Shown: in pieces, positions 27,137 through 36,508 of the stretch | How the letters are laid out: the number at the start of each line of letters is the position of its first letter | Numbering within the stretch: position 1 is the stretch's first letter | NCBI GenBank assembly: GCA_965202845.1 | Contig: OZ241856.1 | Coordinates: 1,452,012 to 1,516,011, forward strand | Direction: 5' to 3' | DNA: 64,000 nt | From: Candidatus Marinacidobacterium sp. | GTDB taxonomy: Bacteria > Acidobacteriota > Vicinamibacteria > Marinacidobacterales > Marinacidobacteraceae | Program-made: the position numbers and the translations under genes | Notes under the pieces: model-generated | Databases searched by the model: none | The model's input: the letters and a program-made list of their open reading frames with translations, nothing else | Told to the model about the DNA's origin: nothing

Positions 27137-30076
27137 ATGAGCCCGCGATCCGCCCACCCGCACCCCCATCCGATCCTCGACATCGTCGCCATCCTGCGTC
27201 GCCACCGGCGCCTTCCCGCCGGCCCGGCGACCAGGCGGGTCGAGTCCCTTCCGCCAGAACAGCAAGAAGCCGCGCTGGTCGCCCAGGGCGTCGTCTCCGA
27301 GGAGGACATCGCCCAGACGGTCGCCCTGGACGCCGGTCTTCCGCACCGCGCCATCAACGCCGCCGAAATCAGCCCGGAGATGGTCACCGGGATCCTTCCG
27401 GCGCCCTACGCCCGCCGCAACGCGATGTGCGCCCTCTCCCGGGAGGGCGACACCCTGACCGTGGCGATGGCGAACCCGTACCGCCGCAACGCCATCGTCG
27501 AGCTCGAGCGCTACCTGGGCATCCGGGTGCTGGTGGTGGTCGCCACCCGGTCGGACATCAGCGGCATCAACGGCAGCCTCTACAACCTGCGGACCTCGCT
27601 GGTGGCGGCCGCCACCGAACTCGAGGACGAAAGCGCCGGGGGACCCGACGAGTCGGTCGCATCCTCGGAGCTGGTCTCCGGCGCCGACGAGATGACCGAT
27701 CTGGCGCCCACCACCCGGCCGGTGGTCTCGGCGCTCGACAGCATCCTGCAGCAGGCCTTCGAGCAACGGGCTTCGGACATCCACATGGAGCCGAAACGGG
27801 ACAAGGCGCTGGTGCGCTTCCGGGTGGACGGGGTGCTCCAGGACATGCACAGCTTCCCCCGCATCGTGTACCGGGCGGTGGTCAGCCGGCTCAAGATGCT
27901 GAGCGGCCTCGACATCGCGGAAAAGCGCCGCCCCCAGGACGGGCGCTTCAAGCGCATCGAAGCGGACAAGGAGATCGAACTCCGGGTGTCCACCATGCCC
28001 ACCGTGTTCGGCGAAAAGGCGGTGCTGCGGGTCTTCGATCCGGCGGCGCTGGTCTCGAACATCGAGCAGATGCGCCTCGCGCCCGACGAACAGGAGCGGC
28101 TGGAGACCATCCTGGGCCGCCGGGAGGGGCTGGCGCTCGTGACCGGCCCCACCGGAAGCGGCAAGACCACCACCCTCTACTCGGTGCTGCGCCACCTGGC
28201 GACCCCAGAGGTGAACGTGATCAGCATCGAGGATCCGGTGGAGCTGGTGCACCCGCAGTTGACCCAAGTGCAGGTGAATCCCCGGATCGATCTCAACTTC
28301 GCCGCCGCCATCCGCAGCGTCCTGCGACAGGACCCGGACATCGTCATGGTCGGGGAGATCCGCGACGGCGAAACCGCCGAAATGGCGGTTCAGGCCGCCC
28401 TGACCGGCCACTTGGTGCTCTCCACCCTCCACACCAACGACGCCGCCTCCACCGTGACCCGGCTGGCGGACCTGGGCGTTCCTCCCTTCCTGATCGCCTC
28501 CACCCTGGTCGGCGTGATCGCGCAACGGCTGGTGCGCACCCTCTGCGAACGCTGCGCCGCTCCCGTCCGCATCTCCGGGGCCGAAGCGCGTCATCTGGGC
28601 GACCGGTCGCTGGCCGGACGCCCGGTTCGGCGCGGCAGGGGCTGCGCCCGCTGCCGACAGAGCGGCTATCGGGGCCGGCGCGGCGTCTTCGAGATCCTCC
28701 CGGTGGAGGCGGAAACCGCGGCGGCGATCTCCCGGGGCGCGACCGCGGCGGACATCGCCGGGGAGGCGCGGCGGCGGGGCTGGCCCAGCCTCCGGCAAGC
28801 CGCGCTCCGGCGCCTGCTCGCCGGCGAAACCACGGTGCGCGAGGTGTTCCGGGTCACCGGCGTCGGCGACGCCGTCCGGTCGTCAGACGGCGCGGCTGAC
28901 CATGAGGATGAGTCCGGGAACGGCGTAGAAGACGAACCCCACGTAGCCGATGGCGAGCCACCGGCTGCGAACCGCGATCCGGGCGAGCCAACGGGCGGCG
29001 GCCAGCGGAATCCGGCGCACCGACGGGATCGGATAGACGATGAGGATCGCGATCAGGTTGAACAGCAGGTGGACGACCGCGATCTGGAACCCCCAGTGGG
29101 CGTTGGGGCCGGAAACCGCGAGCGCGGCGAGGAAGGCGGTGAAGGTGGTGCCGATGTTGGCGCCGAGCGTGACCGGGAAGGCGTCCTCGAGCAGGAGCAG
29201 GCCGGCGCCGGCCAGCGGCACCAGGGTCGAGGTGGTGACCGAGCTGGACTGCACCATGACGGTGGCGAGGGCGCCCAGCCCCATCGCGAGGATGGCGCTT
29301 CTGCCGAGCACCCGATGGAGCGACCTGCCCACTCCGGCGCCGGCGAGCCCCTTGAGCGCGCGCACCAGCAGCATGAGGCTCAGGACCAGCAGGGCGGCGG
29401 AAAGGAACACGAGCAGGCCGGCGGCGCCGGAGCCGGTTCCGGCGAGCTGGCGGGAGACCCAGGCGAGCGGCCCGGAGACCAGCTCGATCAGGTCCCCCAG
29501 GGGATTGGCGACCAGGACGCCGGAACCGACGAACCCGGCCAGCCCCCCGGCGATTCCGGCGGCCAGTCTGCCGAGCAACCCGGTGAGGATTTCGAGCGGG
29601 AGCAGGATCGCCACCGCCAGCAGGTTGAACATGTCGTGGCAGGTCGCCACCTCGAAAGCCCGCCGTACCGAGGCGGAGTCGGCGATGTCGGCCAGCGCGA
29701 CCAGGCTGTTGGTGACGGTGGTTCCGACGTTCGCCCCCATCACCATCGGGATCGTGCTCTCGAAGGGCAGCGGGGATTCGGGCGCCGCGACCAGCGCCAC
29801 GATGAGGGAGCTGGTCACCGAGGAGCTTTGCACCAGGGTGGTGGCGAGGACGCCGGCCAGAAACCCGGCGAACGGATTCTCGAAGGCGGTGAAGAAGGCG
29901 TCCAGCAGGCCGCTTCCGAGTCCCCGGAAGCCCTCGCCCAGGCCGTCGATCCCTCCCAGAAAGAGCAGGAACAGCCCGGCGACCGCAAGCGCCCGGAGGC
30001 CGTGGTTGCCGGCGACGGAGTTCGGCTGGGGCACAAGAACCCCCCCGGGTCGACGGTCTTCGAGTTCGAGGACTAG
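27137..30076 (+). CDS. GspE/PilB-family secretion/pilus ATPase (homology ends ~28880; frame stays open to 30076)
   Basis: ASDIHMEP, RFRVDG, PQDGR, GPTGSGKTTT, LRQDPD..GEIRD, LSTLHTND, two CxxC motifs. Confidence 0.88.
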   Translation: MSPRSAHPHPHPILDIVAILRRHRRLPAGPATRRVESLPPEQQEAALVAQGVVSEEDIAQTVALDAGLPHRAINAAEISPEMVTGILPAPYARRNAMCALSREGDTLTVAMANPYRRNAIVELERYLGIRVLVVVATRSDISGINGSLYNLRTSLVAAATELEDESAGGPDESVASSELVSGADEMTDLAPTTRPVVSALDSILQQAFEQRASDIHMEPKRDKALVRFRVDGVLQDMHSFPRIVYRAVVSRLKMLSGLDIAEKRRPQDGRFKRIEADKEIELRVSTMPTVFGEKAVLRVFDPAALVSNIEQMRLAPDEQERLETILGRREGLALVTGPTGSGKTTTLYSVLRHLATPEVNVISIEDPVELVHPQLTQVQVNPRIDLNFAAAIRSVLRQDPDIVMVGEIRDGETAEMAVQAALTGHLVLSTLHTNDAASTVTRLADLGVPPFLIASTLVGVIAQRLVRTLCERCAAPVRISGAEARHLGDRSLAGRPVRRGRGCARCRQSGYRGRRGVFEILPVEAETAAAISRGATAADIAGEARRRGWPSLRQAALRRLLAGETTVREVFRVTGVGDAVRSSDGAADHEDESGNGVEDEPHVADGEPPAANRDPGEPTGGGQRNPAHRRDRIDDEDRDQVEQQVDDRDLEPPVGVGAGNRERGEEGGEGGADVGAERDREGVLEQEQAGAGQRHQGRGGDRAGLHHDGGEGAQPHREDGASAEHPMERPAHSGAGEPLERAHQQHEAQDQQGGGKEHEQAGGAGAGSGELAGDPGERPGDQLDQVPQGIGDQDAGTDEPGQPPGDSGGQSAEQPGEDFEREQDRHRQQVEHVVAGRHLESPPYRGGVGDVGQRDQAVGDGGSDVRPHHHRDRALEGQRGFGRRDQRHDEGAGHRGALHQGGGEDAGQKPGERILEGGEEGVQQAASESPEALAQAVDPSQKEQEQPGDRKRPEAVVAGDGVRLGHKNPPGSTVFEFED
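28883..30034 (-). CDS. Na+/phosphate cotransporter (NptA/PNaS family)
   Basis: Duplicated QSSSVT and GANVGTT/GANIGTT motifs. Confidence 0.9.
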   Translation of the reverse strand: MPQPNSVAGNHGLRALAVAGLFLLFLGGIDGLGEGFRGLGSGLLDAFFTAFENPFAGFLAGVLATTLVQSSSVTSSLIVALVAAPESPLPFESTIPMVMGANVGTTVTNSLVALADIADSASVRRAFEVATCHDMFNLLAVAILLPLEILTGLLGRLAAGIAGGLAGFVGSGVLVANPLGDLIELVSGPLAWVSRQLAGTGSGAAGLLVFLSAALLVLSLMLLVRALKGLAGAGVGRSLHRVLGRSAILAMGLGALATVMVQSSSVTTSTLVPLAGAGLLLLEDAFPVTLGANIGTTFTAFLAALAVSGPNAHWGFQIAVVHLLFNLIAILIVYPIPSVRRIPLAAARWLARIAVRSRWLAIGYVGFVFYAVPGLILMVSRAV

Positions 30077-30118
30077 CCGCCCGGGGGCGGGCGGGATGCT
30101 AACAGGCGCCCGCCCGGA

Positions 30119-31669
30119 CTACGGGCCGGACTCCGATTCGGGCATCTCCACGATCGCGAACGTGCGCCGCCACTCCCCGGGAGACAGCGGAACCGCGAAC
30201 CAGATCGGGAACGTCGTCCCGGCGGGGATCGCATCGAGCGCGGAACGCAAGTCGGCGACGCTTCGCACCGGCGTTCCGCTCACTTCGGTGATGACATGGC
30301 CGGGCTCGATCCCGACCCGCGCCGCCAGTCCGTTCCCGGCTACCCGCCGCACCAGGACCCCTTCGAAATCGATTTCGAGTTCCCGGGCGCGTTCGGGCGT
30401 CAGGGCCTCGCCGGCGATGCCGAGCCGGTCGGCGGCGTCCGGTTCGGACGCGGGCGGCGGCGGCTCCTGGGCGCGGCGCAACGGAGCGGCCGCCTCGAGG
30501 TCGCGGCGCGCCAGCACCACATCCATGTCCACCAATTCGCCGTCGCGCAGGATTTCGACGTTCGAGACCTCGCCGGGGCGCGCGTCCGCGACCGCGAACT
30601 GGAGGTCCACGCTGCTGGCGATGGGGCGGCCGTTGAAGCGAACGATCACGTCGCCGCGCAGCAAGCCCGACTTCCGGGCCGGGGAATCGGGTCCCGAATA
30701 GTCCTCGATGATGGCGCCCCGGACATCCTCGTCCAGACCGAACGCGAGCGCCGTCCCGGCGTCCAGCGGGCGCACCGCGACGCCCAGCCAGCCCCGGGTG
30801 ACCTCGCCGTCCCGCGCCAGCTCGTCGTAGACCCGACGGGCCAGATGGGACGGAATGGCGAACCCGATCCCGATGTTCCCCGAGGGCGCGCCCATCTGCG
30901 CCACCACCTGGATCATCGTGTTGATCCCGACCAGCTGCCCGTCGAGATTGACCAGGGGTCCTCCCGAATTGCCCCGGTTGATGGCGGCGTCGGTCTGGAT
31001 GTAGTCCTGGTAGTCGCCCCCCAGAACCCGCCCCTTGGCGCTGACGATTCCAGCGGTGACCGAGTGGCTGTTGCCGAGCGGATTGCCGATCGCCAGCACC
31101 CAGTCGCCGACCCGCACCTCGTCCGAGTTGCCGATGGCGAGCCAGGGGAACTCCTCCCCGTCATCGGCCTCCAGGCGCAGCACCGCCAGGTCGGTGGGGG
31201 GATCGGTTCCCACCACCGTCGCGGTCCGTTGCCGGTCGTCGGCGAATGTGGCTCGGATCTGCTCGGCGCCCTGGATCACGTGGTAGTTGGTCAGAATCAG
31301 CCCTTCGGGGGAAACGATCGCCCCCGAACCGCGGCCGATCGGCGGGTCCTGCGGAACGCCGCCCCGGAACATGTCCGGCAGATCGAACGTCGGGCGCGAA
31401 CGCTGCTCCACCTCGAGGCTCACGACCGCCGGAGTGGCGACCCGCGCCACCTCGGCGAAGGCGTCGGAGAGGGTCCGCGCCGCAACCGTTTCGTCCGGGT
31501 CCGGGGATGCGGCGCCGACAGAGCGCTGCGCTGGCGCCAAACCCGCGAGCCGGGGGCGGCCGGCTTCGGACGAGTCGGCGCCGGGGCGGTCCTGCGCCGG
31601 GAACGGCTCGACCAGACACCCGAGGACGGCGGCGGCGAGCAGGAGCGACGCAACCTGGTTGCGGATCAT
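30119..31669 (-). CDS. DegP/DegQ (HtrA) serine protease with two PDZ domains
   Basis: TNYHV, DLAVL, QTDAAINRGNSGGPL, RGWLGV; start uncertain. Confidence 0.93.
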   Translation of the reverse strand: MIRNQVASLLLAAAVLGCLVEPFPAQDRPGADSSEAGRPRLAGLAPAQRSVGAASPDPDETVAARTLSDAFAEVARVATPAVVSLEVEQRSRPTFDLPDMFRGGVPQDPPIGRGSGAIVSPEGLILTNYHVIQGAEQIRATFADDRQRTATVVGTDPPTDLAVLRLEADDGEEFPWLAIGNSDEVRVGDWVLAIGNPLGNSHSVTAGIVSAKGRVLGGDYQDYIQTDAAINRGNSGGPLVNLDGQLVGINTMIQVVAQMGAPSGNIGIGFAIPSHLARRVYDELARDGEVTRGWLGVAVRPLDAGTALAFGLDEDVRGAIIEDYSGPDSPARKSGLLRGDVIVRFNGRPIASSVDLQFAVADARPGEVSNVEILRDGELVDMDVVLARRDLEAAAPLRRAQEPPPPASEPDAADRLGIAGEALTPERARELEIDFEGVLVRRVAGNGLAARVGIEPGHVITEVSGTPVRSVADLRSALDAIPAGTTFPIWFAVPLSPGEWRRTFAIVEMPESESGP

Positions 31670-31790
31670 GGAACGGAACACCTCCCCCATTGGGAATCGA
31701 CGGTTGGGAAGACGGATGAGAATGGGGAACGCGAATATAACGCGGAGCGGCGCCGGACGTTCCCCCGACCGGGGCGAAACATGGAACGGG

Positions 31791-31805
31791 TGGCACACCC
31801 ATTGC
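31791..31805 (+). promoter_or_regulatory. Sigma-54 promoter (-24/-12)
   Basis: TGGCAC-accca-TTGC matches TGGCAC-N5-TTGC, about 30 nt upstream of the OMP start. Confidence 0.7.
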
Positions 31806-31836
31806 GGGTCGCCTCCGCGAAAGGAACCCCACCATC

Positions 31837-32580
31837 ATGATCCGAATCGTTCTCGCAGGCCTGCTGGCAAGCGCCCTTCCCCTCCTCCCGGCGGACGCGA
31901 CCGAACAGCCTCCCTGGCGCGGGGAGCGGAGCCGCCCGCCGGAGGGCGACGAGATGGCGTCGCGACGCGCCGGCTTCTCGATGCATCTGGGAGCGAGCGC
32001 CTTCCTCCCGGAGGGCGAGCTCTGGGAGGACAACGAGTTCGACTTCGGCACCGAAACCGGGGATCTGGCGGCCCTGCGCTGGGGCGCCGAATTCCACTAC
32101 GCGGTCCACCCCCGCGTGGATCTCTTCGCCGGCGTCGATCTCGGGAAGCGGAATTTCCCGAGCGTCTACATCGACTACGTCTTCGAGGACGGAAGCGAAA
32201 TCCAGCACTCCACCGAGTACTCCTTCACCGACCTCATCCTGGGCGTCCGGGTGCGGCCAGGGCCTCCCCGGAGCCGGTTTTCCCCCTGGCTGCAGGGCGG
32301 CTTCTCCGGCAGCTTCTACCGGTACGACGAATACGGGGACTTCGTGGACTTCGGAACCCCGAACCAGGACATCGTGTACGACGCGTACCAGGAGTCCAGC
32401 TTCCTTTACGGCTTCTTCACCGGCGTCGGCGCCGACTACCGCTTCGCCCCCAACTGGAGCCTGTACGGCGAGTGGCGCCTGAACTACGCCGGGGCCCGCC
32501 ACCAGGACGACTTTGCCGACTACGGCGATTTCAAGGCCTGGCGCACCGGCGGGGTCATGGGGTTGCGGCTCCTGTTCTGA
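31837..32580 (+). CDS. Outer-membrane beta-barrel protein
   Basis: Signal peptide, alternating aromatic strands, C-terminal MGLRLLF. Confidence 0.75.
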   Translation: MIRIVLAGLLASALPLLPADATEQPPWRGERSRPPEGDEMASRRAGFSMHLGASAFLPEGELWEDNEFDFGTETGDLAALRWGAEFHYAVHPRVDLFAGVDLGKRNFPSVYIDYVFEDGSEIQHSTEYSFTDLILGVRVRPGPPRSRFSPWLQGGFSGSFYRYDEYGDFVDFGTPNQDIVYDAYQESSFLYGFFTGVGADYRFAPNWSLYGEWRLNYAGARHQDDFADYGDFKAWRTGGVMGLRLLF

Positions 32581-33403
32581 CCTCGGCGAACCCCGTCATC
32601 TCCCCCGTCATTTCCCGGTTGCGCGCGATCATCTCCAGCAAAACGGGGTGCAGCGCGCCGTTCGAGGCGACGATGTTCGGCCCTCCGTTGACGAACGCTC
32701 CGCCCTCGTAGTCGGTCACCCTGCCGCCCGCCTCCCGGACGACCAGCTCGCCGGCGGCGGTGTCCCAGGCGCGCAGCGTCTCCTCCCAGAACCCGTCGAA
32801 GCGCCCGGACGCCACCGCGCACAGGTCGAGCGCCGCGGAGCCGGCCCGGCGCACCGCGCGCGCCTCGCGCATGATCCCGACGAAGAGCCGGAGCGCCCGG
32901 TCCATGGCGTCCCGGGCGTACGGAAACCCGGTCGCCAGCAGCGCCCGCTCGAAGCGGGACGTGGAGGACACCCGGATGGGAGCCCCGTTGAGCGCCGCGC
33001 CCTCTCCCTCCCCGGCGGTGAACAGCTCGTCGCGGGTCGGGTCCAGCACCGCGCCGGCGCGCACCCGCCCCTCCTCCTCGTACGCCACCGAAACCGCGAA
33101 CACCGGAAACCCGTGGGCGAAATTCGTGGTGCCGTCCAGCGGGTCCACGACGAACCGGCACCCGGCGCGGGCGCCCCCCACCTCGCCCCGCTCCTCGGCC
33201 AGGATGGGGACGTCGGGGCACCGCGCCCGAAGCGCCTCGATCACCCGCTCCTCGGCGGCCCGGTCCACTTCGGTCACGATGTCGATGCGGTCCTTGTAGT
33301 CCACCGCGAACCGCCGCGAAGCCCGCTCGCCGTGCGCCTTGCGGATGATCGCCGCCCCCGCCCGGGCCGCCGCGACGCACGCCGCCGCCTCCCGGGATCT
33401 CAC
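32555..33403 (-). CDS. suhB: Inositol monophosphatase
   Basis: VTEVD, DPLDGTTNF, GSAALDL, WDTAAG. Confidence 0.92.
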   Translation of the reverse strand: MRSREAAACVAAARAGAAIIRKAHGERASRRFAVDYKDRIDIVTEVDRAAEERVIEALRARCPDVPILAEERGEVGGARAGCRFVVDPLDGTTNFAHGFPVFAVSVAYEEEGRVRAGAVLDPTRDELFTAGEGEGAALNGAPIRVSSTSRFERALLATGFPYARDAMDRALRLFVGIMREARAVRRAGSAALDLCAVASGRFDGFWEETLRAWDTAAGELVVREAGGRVTDYEGGAFVNGGPNIVASNGALHPVLLEMIARNREMTGEMTGFAEVRTGAATP

Positions 33404-33828
33404 CCGGCTTCCTTCCGGGGAGCGCGCTTGCGCAGGATCACCCGGGTTCCGCCGCCCGGCGTCGGCGCCCAGTCCACCTCATCCATGAACTGACGCATGA
33501 AAAAAATGCCCCGGCCGCTCTCCTTGAGCAGGTTCTCCTCCCGGAGCGGATCGGGCACCGATTCGGCGTCGAACCCCTCGCCCTCGTCCTCGACCGAGAC
33601 CTCGAGCGCCTGGCCGCCGGCGAGCGTCTCGATCCGGATGCGGAGTCGGCGGGAACGCTCCATCCGGTTGCCATGCCGCATGCCGTTGGTGACCGCCTCG
33701 CGCACCGCCGCTCCCATCCAGTGCGCGGTTTCGGCGTCGAATCCGGAGTCCTCGCACGCCCTGGCGAAGATCGACATCACCATCTCCACCCATTCGATGC
33801 GGGTCTCCAGATCGAGATACGCCCTCAA
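33400..33828 (-). CDS. Anti-sigma factor / RsbW-like ATP-binding kinase
   Basis: EAVTNGMRHGN, DEGEGFD, GRGIFFMRQFMD; TTG start overlapping the rng stop. Confidence 0.85.
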   Translation of the reverse strand: MRAYLDLETRIEWVEMVMSIFARACEDSGFDAETAHWMGAAVREAVTNGMRHGNRMERSRRLRIRIETLAGGQALEVSVEDEGEGFDAESVPDPLREENLLKESGRGIFFMRQFMDEVDWAPTPGGGTRVILRKRAPRKEAG

Positions 33829-35339
33829 TCCGCCGGTCCCCCGACAACGGCCGGTTCCTCGACAGCCTCTTCCGGGGACGACGCCGAGCCGCTCTCCAGC
33901 CGTTCCAGCGCGTACGGCAGCCCCCCGGCGACATCGAACGACTCCTCGATTCCGACCTCCCCGCCCACCGTCGACCGGATCTCGTTGAGCGCCGGCGAGG
34001 CGCGCAGCGTGGCCGCCAGGGTGGGAATCGCCCGGATGCGAAGACCGCCGTCCGCTCCGGAAGCGAAGTCCTTCCGAACCTTGTTCACGATGTCCTGACA
34101 CACCGCGTGCAGCGAGCGGATCCGGCCGGTTCCCTTGCATTCGGGACACCGCGCCAGCAACGCGAAGTCGAGCGACGCCCGTTCCCGCTTCCGGGTGATG
34201 ATCACCAGCCCGGCGCGGGACTCGGGCGGCGAGGCGCGGGTGAAGGCGGGGTCCTTGCGGAGGCGACTCTGGAGCGCCTGGAAGACCCGCTCCCGGTTGC
34301 GATGGCTCCGCATGTCGATGAAGTCGACCACGATGATCCCGCCCAAGTCGCGCAGCCGGAGCTGCCGGGCCACCTCGGCCGCCGCCTCGATGTTGGTCGC
34401 GGTGTTGGTGTCCTCGCGGTCCGAGCCTTCCCCGTGGAAGCTGCCGGTGTTCACATCCACCGCGACCAGCGCTTCCGTCTGGTCGATCACGATCGAGCCG
34501 CCGGAGGGGAGCTTGACCCGCCTGCGGGTGGCGTTCGCGAAGGCGGTCTCCACCCCGTACTCGTCGAAAATCGGGTAATTCCGCGAGTAGAGGCGGACGT
34601 TGTGCTCCATGCCGGGCAGGAATTGGCGGATGAAGTTGAGCAGCCGGCCGTAGAGTTCCTCCGAATCCACCCGGATCACGCTGAATCCGGAGAACAGAAC
34701 GTCCCGAACGTAGCGGAACACCATCGGCACCTCGGCCCGGAGGCAGGCGGGAGGGCCGGAAGCTCCCAGACGCTGGATTTCGGCGAAGTCGGCTTCCAGG
34801 CGGAGGATGTCGGCGCGCAGCGCCTCCTCGTCGCGCTGCTCCGACGACGCGCGGGCCGACCACTCCCCGGGAAGCGTGGCGACCCGGCGTATCAGCGCCT
34901 TGAGGCGCACCCGCTCGCGCTCGCCCTCGATCTTCGGGGACACCAGCGCGCCGTTCGGCGAGAACGGCCGGAAGTCGAAGTACCGCCCGGGAACCCGGAG
35001 CATGCCGCTCACCTTGTACCCCTTGGCGCCCAGCGGCTCCCGCGTCACCTGGACCAGAACCGACTGCCCGACCCGCACCAGATCCTCGATCCGTCCGTTC
35101 CCGGACCCGCCGCCGCCCGGCATGTTCCCCGCCTGCAGGAACCCGTTCTGGGCGAGCCCCAGATCCACGAAGGCGGACTGGGTTCCGGGAATCACCCGCT
35201 GCACCCGGCCCCGGTACACCCCGTGCAGGATGTTCTGCTCCGCCCGCGGCTCGACCCCGAGCTCCACGACCTCGCCGTCCTCGAGGAGCGCCACCCGCGT
35301 CTCCTCGGGTAGACGGGTGACGATCAGCTCACGCAACAC
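33825..35339 (-). CDS. rng: Ribonuclease G/E family
   Basis: S1 domain, VDVNTG, RQLRLRDLGGIIVVDFIDM, CPECKGTG. Confidence 0.92.
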   Translation of the reverse strand: MLRELIVTRLPEETRVALLEDGEVVELGVEPRAEQNILHGVYRGRVQRVIPGTQSAFVDLGLAQNGFLQAGNMPGGGGSGNGRIEDLVRVGQSVLVQVTREPLGAKGYKVSGMLRVPGRYFDFRPFSPNGALVSPKIEGERERVRLKALIRRVATLPGEWSARASSEQRDEEALRADILRLEADFAEIQRLGASGPPACLRAEVPMVFRYVRDVLFSGFSVIRVDSEELYGRLLNFIRQFLPGMEHNVRLYSRNYPIFDEYGVETAFANATRRRVKLPSGGSIVIDQTEALVAVDVNTGSFHGEGSDREDTNTATNIEAAAEVARQLRLRDLGGIIVVDFIDMRSHRNRERVFQALQSRLRKDPAFTRASPPESRAGLVIITRKRERASLDFALLARCPECKGTGRIRSLHAVCQDIVNKVRKDFASGADGGLRIRAIPTLAATLRASPALNEIRSTVGGEVGIEESFDVAGGLPYALERLESGSASSPEEAVEEPAVVGGPAD

Positions 35340-35413
35340 GGGCGAACGGCCCCTTCAAGCATCCATGATCCTGCCCTGAACGCTAGCACGCCGACGGGTT
35401 TCGCCCGCGGGTT

Positions 35414-36508
35414 TCAGGACAGGAAGGTGTGACGCCGCACCGCCGCCACCAGCCCGACGGCGGCGCCGGTCACGAGGAGCGAATTGCCCCCGTAGCTCAG
35501 GAACGGAAGCGGAAATCCCTTCACCGGAACCAGCCCCGCCACCATCGCGATGTTGTAGAGCGCCTGCAAGAACAGCATGAGGAACAGGCCGCCGCAGATC
35601 AGCCCGCCGAGCGAATCCCGGGCCTGCGCCGCCGCCGCCCCGATGGTGAGAATCGTGTGTCCGAGCCAGACGTACAGTCCCAGAACCACCAGCACCCCGA
35701 CGAACCCGAACTCCTCGGCGAGCACCGCGAAGACGAAGTCGGTATGCGGCGCCGGAAGGAATTCGTAGCCGGTCTGCGACCCCTGGAGCCAGCCGGTTCC
35801 GGTGAGCTGCCCCGATCCCACCGCGATCGCCGCCTGCCGGGACTGGTAGGACGCGCCCAGCGGATCGCTCTCCGGGTTCAGGAAGGAGAGGATTCGCTGC
35901 TTCTGGTACTCGCGCAGGCCGAAGAACCACATGAGCGGGAGCGAGAGCGCGGCGACGCCCGCCACCGGGAGGATGCGCCTCCAGGGCGCGCCGCCGATGA
36001 CCACCATTCCGCAGGCGACGCCGGCCAGCACCGCCGCGCTTCCCAGATCGGGCTGGGTCGCCACCGCCAGCACCAGCCCCACCGTGCAGGCGAACCAGGC
36101 GACCGCGGCCCGGGGATCCAGCCGGTCCCGGATCGCTGCGGAGATCAGGTGGGCGAGCAGGAGCACCAGCGCCAGCTTGGCGAGCTCCCCGGGCTGGATC
36201 GTCGCCAGTCCGATGTCCAGCCAGCGACGGGTGCCGGCGCGGAGTCCGGCGGCCGCGGTGGCGTACACGCTGAGCAACAGGGTGAACAGGAACAGGACGG
36301 CGGAAAACCGGGACAGCCTCCGGTAATCCACCCGGGACGCCGCGAGGCACACTGCGGCGGCGATTCCGAGCCGGATCAGGTGGTCCCCAATCGAGACCCC
36401 GCCCACGCCGCGCAGCGCGCTGACCAGCACCGGCAGGGCGATGAGACACAGCAGGGTGACGCTGGCGAGGAGGCCGCCGTCAATCCCGCGAAGCCATCGG
36501 GCGAACAT
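35414..36508 (-). CDS. rodA: Rod shape-determining protein RodA
   Basis: RRW, QPGELAK, QPDLG, HTDFVF, LPFLSYGG. Confidence 0.93.
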   Translation of the reverse strand: MFARWLRGIDGGLLASVTLLCLIALPVLVSALRGVGGVSIGDHLIRLGIAAAVCLAASRVDYRRLSRFSAVLFLFTLLLSVYATAAAGLRAGTRRWLDIGLATIQPGELAKLALVLLLAHLISAAIRDRLDPRAAVAWFACTVGLVLAVATQPDLGSAAVLAGVACGMVVIGGAPWRRILPVAGVAALSLPLMWFFGLREYQKQRILSFLNPESDPLGASYQSRQAAIAVGSGQLTGTGWLQGSQTGYEFLPAPHTDFVFAVLAEEFGFVGVLVVLGLYVWLGHTILTIGAAAAQARDSLGGLICGGLFLMLFLQALYNIAMVAGLVPVKGFPLPFLSYGGNSLLVTGAAVGLVAAVRRHTFLS

